Notes: generated from the sequence alone by a model not told the origin. A stretch of 64,000 nt of DNA from Chitinophagales bacterium (GCA_023957215.1 JAMLHH010000013.1:15111-79110), one strand, 5' to 3'; shown: positions 36,310 to 45,596, numbered from the stretch's first letter. Translations and numbers: made by a program.

Positions 36310-38358
36310 GTGGCAGAACTTAGTGAAAATACTTTACCAAAATCTATTGTCATTGTAAAAGATAATCATGGTTTGGCTGAACGTTTAGAAGAAAAGCTTA
36401 GAGAAAAAGGCATTGGAGTAGAGATCATTTCTACTACTGAAATGCCGACATCTATTCCTGACACAGTAGTACATTTAGCGAGTACTAATGAAAGAGCGAG
36501 TCTGTACGATGCTGTTTTTAGTATTCAAGATTTGATCAAGACTTTTCAGGAAAGAGGTAAAAGTTCAAGACTTTTTGCAGTGACCAAAAATGCGCAGATA
36601 GTTCATCAAAATGACCAAGAAAATCATATTCCTGGAGCGGTGCTTTGGGGTGTGATGCGTACTTTGCAAAATGAGTTTCCAGAATTGAAACCTGTAACGA
36701 TAGATACAGATGAAAATACAAATGCAGACAAAATCATCCAACTTTTAGCCCAATCTGATAGTTATAAAGAAATGGCTGTAAGAGGTGAAGAGGTTTTCGT
36801 GCCGGTATTAAAACCTATCACTGCACACAATGAAGAAACTCATCAACTTGATACAGATGGTACTTATCTCATCACTGGTGGTACAAGTGGATTGGGATTA
36901 TACTTTGCTGAATGGTTGACTACACAAGGTGTAAAAAGCTTGGCACTAGTCAGTAGAAGTGGAATGAAAGCAGAAACTCAAGCTGTAGTAGATAGACTGA
37001 AAGTTAATGAAGTTAATATAGAAGTTTATGCAGTAGATATCTCTAATGCAAATGCTTTGAACACACTGGTACAAGATATAGAATCCAAACAGTCTGAAAT
37101 CAAGAGTGTAGTACATGCGGCAGGTGTTTTGGATGACGGAGCTTTCTTAAATCTTACTACAGAACAATTTGGCAAAGTGTTGACACCCAAAATCAATGGT
37201 GCATGGAATTTGCATACTTATTTCAAAGATAGAAACCTTTCTAATTTTATACTTTTCTCTTCGGCTGCAACTGTTTTAGGTAGTGCCGCTCAAGCGAATT
37301 ACAATGCCGGAAATATGGTTTTGGATCAGCTCGCACAATTGAGAAATGCACAAGATTTACCTGCCTTATCTATCAATTTCGGCAATATCGGTGAGATAGG
37401 TTTGGCTGCGGCAGATATCAAGCGAGGTGAAAGACTGAAAGAGCAAGGTATGAACACGATGTCACCCGATGAACTTTCTATTTATTTCAAACAGGTATTG
37501 GATTTACAGTTGACACAATGTGTTTTATTAGATATAGATTTTAAAACTTGGAGTGAAAGCAATGAAGGTATTAAAGACAATCACTTTTACCAATATGTTC
37601 TTCAAGTTTCAGAAGAAAAACTTGAATCTAAAACCGATAATTTACCTTATACCAATAAAGCTGGAGCAGTACGATATTACAAGAATGCTATAAAAGGTAT
37701 GATTTCTAAAATCACCAAAATACCAAGTTCTAAAATCAAGGGAGATGCTACTTTTAAGAGCATAGGTATAGATTCACTCATGGCAGTGCAACTGAAAAAT
37801 GCTTTGCAAAAAGAAAGTGGTTTGGACTTGATGGTTGCTAGTATTTGGACTTATCCAACCGTAGATAAATACACTGATTTTATCGTACAAGAATTAAAAA
37901 TTGAAGATAAAACTTCATCGGCTGTGAGGATAGAAGATGAGGTGCGCAATTGGACTTATACCAATAAAAATGCTGCTGTAAAAGATTTTAAAAACATCTT
38001 GAAAGAACATATTTCAGCTATTACCAAGATACCAAGTTTCAAAATCAAAGAAGATGCTACATTCAAAAGTATGGGTATAGATTCATTGATGGCAGTACAA
38101 CTGAAAAATAAGTTCCAATCAGAGTTTGGGATTAATATAGCCGTTTCTAGTATTTGGACGTATTCGACTGTTGAAAAGTATGCTCAATTTATTGCAGACG
38201 AGTTGAAAATAAATGATTTGGGTAATATACATGCAGAAAGTAATTCTACCCAACCTGCAAATACCGCCATACAACCGGAACTTCCTTTTGATACTATTGA
38301 AAAACAAGTAGATGAACTGTCATTGGATGATTTGTTGGATGCATTGGATGAGGATTAG
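36310..38358 (+). CDS. Type I polyketide synthase, KR-ACP-ACP with an acidic C-terminal tail
   Basis: 682 aa. KR features are the Rossmann motif ITGGTSGLG, the LDD motif (AAGVLDDGAF), and catalytic K/S/Y/N (KINGAWNL, FSSAATVLGSAAQANYNAGN). Two ACPs carry GIDSLMAVQLKN (Ser codons 37774 and 38083). The frame is open from 36226, and the only start candidate is GTG 36310. Confidence 0.9.
   Translation: MAELSENTLPKSIVIVKDNHGLAERLEEKLREKGIGVEIISTTEMPTSIPDTVVHLASTNERASLYDAVFSIQDLIKTFQERGKSSRLFAVTKNAQIVHQNDQENHIPGAVLWGVMRTLQNEFPELKPVTIDTDENTNADKIIQLLAQSDSYKEMAVRGEEVFVPVLKPITAHNEETHQLDTDGTYLITGGTSGLGLYFAEWLTTQGVKSLALVSRSGMKAETQAVVDRLKVNEVNIEVYAVDISNANALNTLVQDIESKQSEIKSVVHAAGVLDDGAFLNLTTEQFGKVLTPKINGAWNLHTYFKDRNLSNFILFSSAATVLGSAAQANYNAGNMVLDQLAQLRNAQDLPALSINFGNIGEIGLAAADIKRGERLKEQGMNTMSPDELSIYFKQVLDLQLTQCVLLDIDFKTWSESNEGIKDNHFYQYVLQVSEEKLESKTDNLPYTNKAGAVRYYKNAIKGMISKITKIPSSKIKGDATFKSIGIDSLMAVQLKNALQKESGLDLMVASIWTYPTVDKYTDFIVQELKIEDKTSSAVRIEDEVRNWTYTNKNAAVKDFKNILKEHISAITKIPSFKIKEDATFKSMGIDSLMAVQLKNKFQSEFGINIAVSSIWTYSTVEKYAQFIADELKINDLGNIHAESNSTQPANTAIQPELPFDTIEKQVDELSLDDLLDALDED
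37648..38265 (+). repeat. Tandem 309-nt (103-codon) duplication encoding linker plus ACP
   Basis: The unit YTNKAGAVRYYKNAIKG...GIDSLMAVQLKNAL...QELKIEDK is repeated as YTNKNAAVKDFKNILKE...GIDSLMAVQLKNKF...ADELKINDL. The two Ser codons are exactly 309 nt apart. Confidence 0.85.
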
Positions 38359-38361
38359 AGT

Positions 38362-38389
38362 CAAGATACAAGAACCAAGATACAAGAAT
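38362..38389. repeat. Four tandem 7-mers (CAAGATA CAAGAAC CAAGATA CAAGAAT) right after the PKS stop
   Basis: Read directly from the sequence. The CAAGAAC word is the same one that builds the batB coding repeat (minus-strand sense). Confidence 0.8.
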
Positions 38390-38490
38390 TGACATTTCGG
38401 GAGCCTCAATGTCCGATTCTCACCGCCTAAGAATTGAGACGGATGTCATTCCCCAAATAGGGTTGACTGTTTTGGCTAATGATTTATTGT

Positions 38491-40272
38491 TTACCTCCCT
38501 TTTCTCAAATCAGGTAATCCAATAGAGTTGGGAGATTGTATGCTATTGGGTGAAGGTGGGTTAGCATTCATATCTTGTATTTTATTGGAACTTGATTTAG
38601 CAGTAGATTTTATTTCTTCCAAAGGATTTATCAAGTCTGTCAACTTAGAAGATTTTGTAAAGTCCACTTGAATTTTGTGTTTGTCATCCCAATTTGCACG
38701 AGAAGAATAAACTTGTGATTTGAAGACTCTTTCGGGTTTCCGTGAATCCCAAAAAGATGCACCGTTCCACGTGCCACTTTTATTCAAATCTTCTATCACT
38801 TCGATAAAGTAATCGTTGGGAAATTGTTCCTTGATTTGATATTGTAATGAATCTGTATTCTCTAAAATCAGTTCATCCCACAAATAATTATCTTTTGTAA
38901 AAACTCTGAGTACATAAGAAATATCTTTTGATGGGAATTTGATGTCTAAAATCAAATTAGCTAATTCTTCTTTTTTCGTACTTGCAATATTGTATGAGAT
39001 AGAATCAGAAAATTTGTTACCATAAAATTGAATTGCCGAATCTAAAAATAAAATCTTCGTTTCTTCATTTTCACTCAAATTAATATATGTGGAAAATTTC
39101 CAATTTGATTGTTGGATATTTTTTTGATTCATTTTTACGGTGTCATTTTTACTTATCAGATATATTTTATCCGGATGAATATATTTGATTGGAAAATTTG
39201 TATTGAATGTAAAAAGTCCATTTTTATTCGCCTTGAGAATCGAATTTTTTAAGTTCATTTGAGCTGTGGGTAAGAATAGAGATTTCTCATGCGACCCAGA
39301 AGCGGGTTTGACAGTGATACTATCTATCAATTCAGCATGATTATACAATATGTATGTGTTTGATAGTGTATCGTTTATAATAAAAAAATTATAAATCCTA
39401 TTACTTGTTTTTTGTGAAAACGGAATGAGTTCATCAGATTGAAAATTTTTAATAAAAACACTGTCTTTTCGCGGATTGAGCTCTTTATTAAACTCAACCG
39501 TTAAAATTCCATCTTTAAGCTTGTTATTATAGTCTTTGATTTTGATTTTGGAATCTTCAGGCAAGTAAATGGAAATTTCAAGATTGGATACATTGGAATC
39601 CAAAGCAATTAAAGAGTCGTATTTACCAATCCACTCCGTCGGTAAATCATATTTATAATTATTGTTTAAATCATTTAAAACAAAAAGTCTAAATGTATCT
39701 GTTGGCAAATATTGCATATTGAAACTTCCATCTTTTTCCAGCTTGTATATATATAATGGCTTCTCTGTTGTTATAATAGAATCTTCTGTATTTTTGTATA
39801 GCTGTACAAAAGTATTTTCAGGAATAGAAGATTGATCGGTTGTCGTTACTTTTCCGCTTATTTTTAAACTATCCAGATAGTCTCCGGTCGAAAAAACGTA
39901 CTGTAAGTTATCAATAACATTCCCTTCGTTGTTATCTTTTACAGATTGACCAAAGAAAATACTGTAAGTAGTATTAGAGTCCAGTTCGCTTTTAAAATGG
40001 ATGTTAAGGTAGTTTTTTCTTGCAGTAATAATTGGATCTTCCTTTAAAGGAGGTGAAATAATCAAGTTTTGTTTGATATTTACCACTGTCACCCATTCAT
40101 CAAATCGGATAGAAATACTCTTCGATTTAAAATTAGTGGTAAGTTGAGCCGGTGTAAAATCTTCTACTTTGGGTGGTGTAGCGTCTTGTGCCCCCCCTAA
40201 TGGAGAACCGGGAGTAGCACACGATACCCACAGAAACAAAATTCCTATCAGTAAGATTAGTCTATTCATCAA
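38491..40272 (-). CDS. Ig-like-domain lipoprotein, function unknown
   Basis: 593 aa with the lipobox LFLWVSCATPG. The N-terminal segment (PPKVEDFTPAQLTTNFKSKSISIRFDEWV) resembles bacterial Ig-like (SbsA-type) domains. There is a 4-nt overlap with the mnmG stop. Confidence 0.55.
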   Translation of the reverse strand: MMNRLILLIGILFLWVSCATPGSPLGGAQDATPPKVEDFTPAQLTTNFKSKSISIRFDEWVTVVNIKQNLIISPPLKEDPIITARKNYLNIHFKSELDSNTTYSIFFGQSVKDNNEGNVIDNLQYVFSTGDYLDSLKISGKVTTTDQSSIPENTFVQLYKNTEDSIITTEKPLYIYKLEKDGSFNMQYLPTDTFRLFVLNDLNNNYKYDLPTEWIGKYDSLIALDSNVSNLEISIYLPEDSKIKIKDYNNKLKDGILTVEFNKELNPRKDSVFIKNFQSDELIPFSQKTSNRIYNFFIINDTLSNTYILYNHAELIDSITVKPASGSHEKSLFLPTAQMNLKNSILKANKNGLFTFNTNFPIKYIHPDKIYLISKNDTVKMNQKNIQQSNWKFSTYINLSENEETKILFLDSAIQFYGNKFSDSISYNIASTKKEELANLILDIKFPSKDISYVLRVFTKDNYLWDELILENTDSLQYQIKEQFPNDYFIEVIEDLNKSGTWNGASFWDSRKPERVFKSQVYSSRANWDDKHKIQVDFTKSSKLTDLINPLEEIKSTAKSSSNKIQDMNANPPSPNSIQSPNSIGLPDLRKGR

Positions 40273-42134
40273 CGACCGATAAACACCATTAACACAGAGA
40301 TATCTGCCGGAGAGACACCGCTTATTCTACTTGCTTGTCCAAGGGTAGTCGGCTTTAATTTATTTAATTTTTCTCTCGCCTCAATTGACAATGAAGGAAT
40401 GGATCTATAATCTGTTTTTGATGGTAGTTTTATATTTTCAAGATTATGCATTTTAACTGCCATTTCCTTTTCTCTTTCAATATAACCGCCATATTTAATA
40501 TTTATTTCGGCTTGTTCGGTAAATTCATGCTCATAATCTGCAACTAAACTTTCAACCTTCGGCACATTTTCTATCAATTCGGCAATTGAAATATGAGGTC
40601 TTGAAATCAGTTTATCTAATTTTATCTTTTGATTTAACTCACTTGACCCAATTTTATTTAAGTAGAAATTGACATCATTTGGATAAACCCCCGTATTATT
40701 TAAAAGTTCTATAATTCTATTTGTCTGCGAAATCTTCTCCTTTACCCTATCATATCTATCCTGATCGGCTAAACCGAGCTGGTAAGACTTTTCAGTCAAT
40801 CTTATATCTGCATTATCCTGTCTCAATAAAATTCTAAACTCCGCTCTGGATGTAAACATTCTATATGGTTCTTCTGTACCCTTATTAATGAGGTCATCAA
40901 TTAGTACACCGATATAGGCTTCGTCCCGTCTTAAAATCAAAGGTGCATTGTCTTGTATATACTGATGTGCATTGATTCCTGCAATGATACCTTGCGCTCC
41001 TGCTTCTTCATAACCGGTAGTACCGTTTATTTGCCCTGCAAAAAACAGCCCTTTGATTAGTTTGGTTTCTAAAGATGTATTGAGCTGTGTAGGCGGAAAA
41101 TAATCATATTCTATTGCATAACCCGGTCTAAACATTTTAGCATTTTCAAACCCGGGTATTTCTCGCATGGCTTTATATTGTACATCTTCAGGCAATGAGG
41201 TTGAAAATCCGTTGATATACACTTCAACAGTATTCCATCCTTCCGGCTCTACAAATATTTGATGCCTTTCCTTATCGGCAAAACGATTGATTTTATCTTC
41301 TACAGACGGGCAGTATCTTGGACCGACTCCTTTAATCCTACCCGTAAACATTGGCGACCTGTCAAATCCTGTTTTCAAGATTTCATGTACTTCGGTATTG
41401 GTATAGGTGATGTGACAAGGTCTTTGCTTGTCAGGCTTTTCAATATTTTTATACGAAAATCCGACAATTTCATCATCTCCCGGTTGTACTTCCATTTTGG
41501 CATAATCCAAAGTTCGCCCATCCACTCTTGGTGGCGTTCCCGTTTTCATTCTCCCACTCTGAAACCCTAAAGATTCTAATTGTGCAGTCAATCCTGTCGC
41601 AGCTCTTTCACCGGCCCTCCCACCTCCAAATTTCTTTTCGCCTATATGAATAATCCCATTTAAGAAAGTTCCATTTGTAAGCACAACCGCTTTGGCCTTA
41701 AACTCAATTCCCATCTGGGTTTTAACACCTACACATTTGCCTTTTTCTACTATAATCTCAGAAACCATTTCCTGCCAAAAATCAACATTGGGCGTTTGTT
41801 CTAACATCCTCCTCCATTCGTTAGAGAACATCATTCTATCGCTTTGCACTCTCGGACTCCACATGGCAGGACCTTTAGACTTATTGAGCATTCTAAACTG
41901 TATCATCGTCTTATCCGACACAATTGCAGAATAACCACCCAACGCATCTATCTCCCTTAAGATTTGACCTTTCGCCACTCCTCCCATAGCAGGATTGCAA
42001 CTCATCTTTGCAATTACTTCCATATTCATAGTGACCAATAAAACCTTTGAACCCATATTTGCAGCAGCCGCGGCAGCTTCGCTCCCTGCATGCCCTGCTC
42101 CTACTACTATTACATCATAACTTGGATATATCAT
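40269..42134 (-). CDS. mnmG: tRNA uridine-5-carboxymethylaminomethyl modification enzyme MnmG (GidA)
   Basis: 621 aa with the FAD motif DVIVVGAGHAGSEAA and conserved GPRYCPSVEDK. Confidence 0.95.
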   Translation of the reverse strand: MIYPSYDVIVVGAGHAGSEAAAAAANMGSKVLLVTMNMEVIAKMSCNPAMGGVAKGQILREIDALGGYSAIVSDKTMIQFRMLNKSKGPAMWSPRVQSDRMMFSNEWRRMLEQTPNVDFWQEMVSEIIVEKGKCVGVKTQMGIEFKAKAVVLTNGTFLNGIIHIGEKKFGGGRAGERAATGLTAQLESLGFQSGRMKTGTPPRVDGRTLDYAKMEVQPGDDEIVGFSYKNIEKPDKQRPCHITYTNTEVHEILKTGFDRSPMFTGRIKGVGPRYCPSVEDKINRFADKERHQIFVEPEGWNTVEVYINGFSTSLPEDVQYKAMREIPGFENAKMFRPGYAIEYDYFPPTQLNTSLETKLIKGLFFAGQINGTTGYEEAGAQGIIAGINAHQYIQDNAPLILRRDEAYIGVLIDDLINKGTEEPYRMFTSRAEFRILLRQDNADIRLTEKSYQLGLADQDRYDRVKEKISQTNRIIELLNNTGVYPNDVNFYLNKIGSSELNQKIKLDKLISRPHISIAELIENVPKVESLVADYEHEFTEQAEINIKYGGYIEREKEMAVKMHNLENIKLPSKTDYRSIPSLSIEAREKLNKLKPTTLGQASRISGVSPADISVLMVFIGR

Positions 42135-42201
42135 CTTATTTTCGTTTAGGTTTCACGTGAAACACTTTCGGCTTTTATCTTTTACAGTTCCACGTGGAAC
42201 A

Positions 42202-43248
42202 TTAAAATACAGGACAGTAAATTTTGTGCCCCTTTTTGTCTGAACAAGCAACTGTATATGTTAAGCCAACTTCAAAACCGTTAAAGCCGCTAAATGTTTT
42301 CTTAGAATCATTAATTGTATTGTCGGTAGCTACAAGAAGTGTTAAAGCATTGTATCTAACTCCGGCAACAATATTAGCAGTGTACATAGAAAATTCACCT
42401 ACGGGTGATTTGTACATTCGTAAATATGGACCCGCAAAGAGAGCCAATTGGTTGTCTTTTTCATGCGTAATATCATAACCAAATTCAACACCCGTATAAA
42501 TCTCAGATGCTTTCATTTGCTTATCAAACATCACTAAAGGTTTTAAACTGACACTCCCTATTCCTATATCTAAGCCTCCGTGCACATTGTACCGAATGCC
42601 ATCTGAGAAACTCAAGTAATCATTGTCTTTCTCAGGCAATAAATGATTAATAGATGTGCCAATAAATCCTTTAAAATTATCATTTGCTTTAAAAGAATAT
42701 AGCAACCCGATATTTGCATCAAACTTTGAAGATGATTCTATATCAAACAGTTCACCACTATTAATATTTGGATTGTAATTAAAACCATCAAACTGATTTC
42801 CAAATTGTAAATCAGCATAGCCATATTTCCTACTTTGATATACAGCACTCAACCCTGCTGATAACGTATGTCTTTTTTCTTCGTCCAAAGTAATTCGATA
42901 AGCAACCATTACAGAAGCAACATTATCAGCAATAGAATTATACCCTGCTTTATTATTATAAAAATAAGCACCTACGCCGACAGAACTTTTATCAGAATAT
43001 GCACTATTAATAGGAATATTAAAATCTACTGCACCAAATGCTGTACGCATACCGTCTTTGCCATAAGCTTGTCTATATCTGTCGGCATAAGATCCATTGA
43101 GTCTGACACACCCCTCAAAGAATCCCGTTAAAGCAGGATTATAATAAAGAGAGTTGTAAACATGCTGGGAATAATGCAAGTCTTGTGCTTTAATTGGAGC
43201 AAAACAAACTCCGCACAAAACCAATATAGTTGTCAATAGATATTTCAT
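42202..43248 (-). CDS. PorP/SprF-family T9SS membrane protein
   Basis: 348 aa with a signal peptide and the family-typical N-terminus QDLHYSQHVYNSLYYNPALTG. It has a beta-barrel-like pattern and an ATGA overlap with the upstream type B cargo gene. Confidence 0.8.
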   Translation of the reverse strand: MKYLLTTILVLCGVCFAPIKAQDLHYSQHVYNSLYYNPALTGFFEGCVRLNGSYADRYRQAYGKDGMRTAFGAVDFNIPINSAYSDKSSVGVGAYFYNNKAGYNSIADNVASVMVAYRITLDEEKRHTLSAGLSAVYQSRKYGYADLQFGNQFDGFNYNPNINSGELFDIESSSKFDANIGLLYSFKANDNFKGFIGTSINHLLPEKDNDYLSFSDGIRYNVHGGLDIGIGSVSLKPLVMFDKQMKASEIYTGVEFGYDITHEKDNQLALFAGPYLRMYKSPVGEFSMYTANIVAGVRYNALTLLVATDNTINDSKKTFSGFNGFEVGLTYTVACSDKKGHKIYCPVF

Positions 43249-44333
43249 CTTATAAGTGTTAGCTGACCTTTTTTACTGTCATTGGTTTTATCAATATAAG
43301 TAACTTCTGCATGATAGAAATATAAGCCTTCGGGGTATGCTTTACCCGCAACACGTCCGTCCCAACCTTCATTCAAAGCATCTCCTTTATAAACGAGAAA
43401 TCCATTTTTATCATAAATTTTTATAGTGGCAGCTTCTACTCCGGCACCAAAGATTTTAAAGACATCATTTCTACCATCATTATTTGGGGAAAAAGCATTG
43501 GGAATAAAAAGTGAAAAATCCCCTTCAGTTTCGATAAGGACATTATCGGTAGATACACATCCATAAGTCAAATCGTGGACAGTTACTGAGATAGCGGTTG
43601 ATTTATACAGACGGTAAGAGGTAGTTTCACAAGTAGGACATTCAGTATCTCTATCAGGCAACCACTGAAAAGAATAATTACCACTGCCTTTTGTAATAGT
43701 TGTCTCAAGTTCAACTTTATCACCTAAATTGACTAAAAGAGCTGAAGGCAAGATTTTTACATTAAAAACTTCTTCAACCGGTAAAGTGATGGTATCACTC
43801 GATGTACATTCATTTTGGTCTTTTATCTTCAAACTAAAAAATCCGTCGTTGACATTTCTCAATGTATCAGCCATTAATTTAGAATCTCCGTTCCACTCGT
43901 ATAGATAAGGTGCTGTCCCTCCGGATATTTCGGCAAAGACCTTAGCATCATTACCACAAATAGTCGGGCTATATTTTAAATTGATAGACAAAGCATCCGG
44001 TTGCTTTACTTCTACACCGGATTGTGTGGTGATACAACCTTTAGTATCTTTTATACTTACCGTATATAGACCGGCGCTTAAATTCTTAAATACACTGTCA
44101 TTAGAATATGTAGAACCATCTAAGGAATAAGTATAAGGGGTATTACCCGAAAGATGTGTCGTACGAATAGTTATACTTCCTTCATTTCCACCATTACAAT
44201 TGATATTGGCAATATCCAATAGATAATCTGTCGCATCACATGAAAAAGCCGCATTTATATTGAATGTAAATAATATCAATGTGATATATATATATAATAA
44301 TTTCAAACTAAATATTTTTAAAATTTTGGACAA
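43245..44333 (-). CDS. SprB-repeat protein with a T9SS type B (gliding-motility-associated) C-terminal sorting domain
   Basis: 362 aa with two Cys-framed repeats (NCNGGNEGSITI...GNTPYTYSLDG; ICGNDAKVFAEISGGTAPYLYEWNG). The C-terminus is IPNAFSPNNDGRNDVFKIFG...YFYHAEV. Confidence 0.8.
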   Translation of the reverse strand: MSKILKIFSLKLLYIYITLILFTFNINAAFSCDATDYLLDIANINCNGGNEGSITIRTTHLSGNTPYTYSLDGSTYSNDSVFKNLSAGLYTVSIKDTKGCITTQSGVEVKQPDALSINLKYSPTICGNDAKVFAEISGGTAPYLYEWNGDSKLMADTLRNVNDGFFSLKIKDQNECTSSDTITLPVEEVFNVKILPSALLVNLGDKVELETTITKGSGNYSFQWLPDRDTECPTCETTSYRLYKSTAISVTVHDLTYGCVSTDNVLIETEGDFSLFIPNAFSPNNDGRNDVFKIFGAGVEAATIKIYDKNGFLVYKGDALNEGWDGRVAGKAYPEGLYFYHAEVTYIDKTNDSKKGQLTLIR

Positions 44334-45358
44334 TGCATAATTGAGTATCGTTTTTCATTATCTCTCGATGGAGATTGATAAATTATTGAAGTTTCAAAAG
44401 CGCCAAAACCACTATTGGCTTGTTTTAAATCAGAAATAGTTCTATCATAGCTAAAAGTAAATTGAATACTTTTGATCTGCATTCCAGCCGAAGCAATGAC
44501 AGCACCTGTTCCCTCATACCAGACTCCTACAAAAGCCGAAGTTTCGTAAGGATGTGAACTTCCTGATAGATTATATGCTAAAGTACTTCCTGCTACCCAA
44601 TCACTCAAATTACTTTGTCGAAAGTAAATCGCATTGGGATTTATCATAATTTTATCGTTCAGATTGATTACTACTCCACCATGACCATTCAATTTCATGG
44701 CTCTTTCTGCATCCGAGTCAAAAAAATTATCTTTTGGCTTCATCAGGTTAAACATAGAGACTCCGGCATAAGCACTCAAAACTTTGGAAAAGTTTGAAGA
44801 CCAAAAGACTCCCGTATTCATATTCATTCTGATAAAAGACTCTTTGTCAAAACTTTCTAAATTAGGGAGAGATAAATCAAAGCCATTGATAGATTGATTA
44901 AACTGGGATTCAAAATAGAGCTGTGAAACATCTAACTTACGAGATTTCAAACCAAATTGAAAACCGACACTCAGATAATGATTGTGATCATAACCAAAAC
45001 TCTTATGATAAGCCAAAGATGCCATGATATCAGTGGTCTTCAAAGCTCCGGCCGCTTGCCTATCTGATGAAGCAATAAGTCCCAGGCCCAAAATATCTCC
45101 CGAATATTTATTGGGTGTTAGACCAAAATCAGCCGAAACGCTTAAAGTATTATAGGGCACCGGAGTGGAAACAGGTTTTGATTGTACCCTATAATTAGCA
45201 ACCAAGCGATACAAGCCCGGTAATTTACCGGTCAAGGCAGGATTCAGATTCAGTGGTGCATTATAAAACTGGTTGAATTTATAATCTTGAGCATGTACAC
45301 ACAAGAAAGATAAATTCAATATTATAAGAATAGTATGTTTTTTTAGTTTTGAAAACAT
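44318..45358 (-). CDS. PorP/SprF-family T9SS membrane protein (second copy)
   Basis: 346 aa with the N-terminus QDYKFNQFYNAPLNLNPALTG. It overlaps the cargo gene by 16 nt. Confidence 0.8.
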   Translation of the reverse strand: MFSKLKKHTILIILNLSFLCVHAQDYKFNQFYNAPLNLNPALTGKLPGLYRLVANYRVQSKPVSTPVPYNTLSVSADFGLTPNKYSGDILGLGLIASSDRQAAGALKTTDIMASLAYHKSFGYDHNHYLSVGFQFGLKSRKLDVSQLYFESQFNQSINGFDLSLPNLESFDKESFIRMNMNTGVFWSSNFSKVLSAYAGVSMFNLMKPKDNFFDSDAERAMKLNGHGGVVINLNDKIMINPNAIYFRQSNLSDWVAGSTLAYNLSGSSHPYETSAFVGVWYEGTGAVIASAGMQIKSIQFTFSYDRTISDLKQANSGFGAFETSIIYQSPSRDNEKRYSIMHCPKF

Positions 45359-45596
45359 TAGTCACTTACCTGATAGAAACGAAAAAACTTACAAACTTAT
45401 ATATTTTATACGGCTTTTTATATGAAAACAAGTCTTTATTAATATTTTAACTTAACATATATAAGCCACTTTTTACATTAAACTTGCTTTTTTAATCACC
45501 TTAACTGTCTATCGTTCAATCTAAAAACGCAATTTTTAATTCGTACTAAATTATTGTGCATAAAATTACTTTGATTATTTTAGTCTTCTATTTAAA

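Noticed and set aside
33346-38460. Possible att-like direct repeat at the two PKS edges (gaatgtgtcccattacccaatac at 33346-33368 versus ggatgtcattccccaaatag at 38441-38460)
   Set aside because: The similarity needs several gaps and rests on short blocks (ATGT, CATT, CCCAA, TA). By eye I cannot distinguish it from chance. No integrase or tRNA gene supports site-specific insertion.
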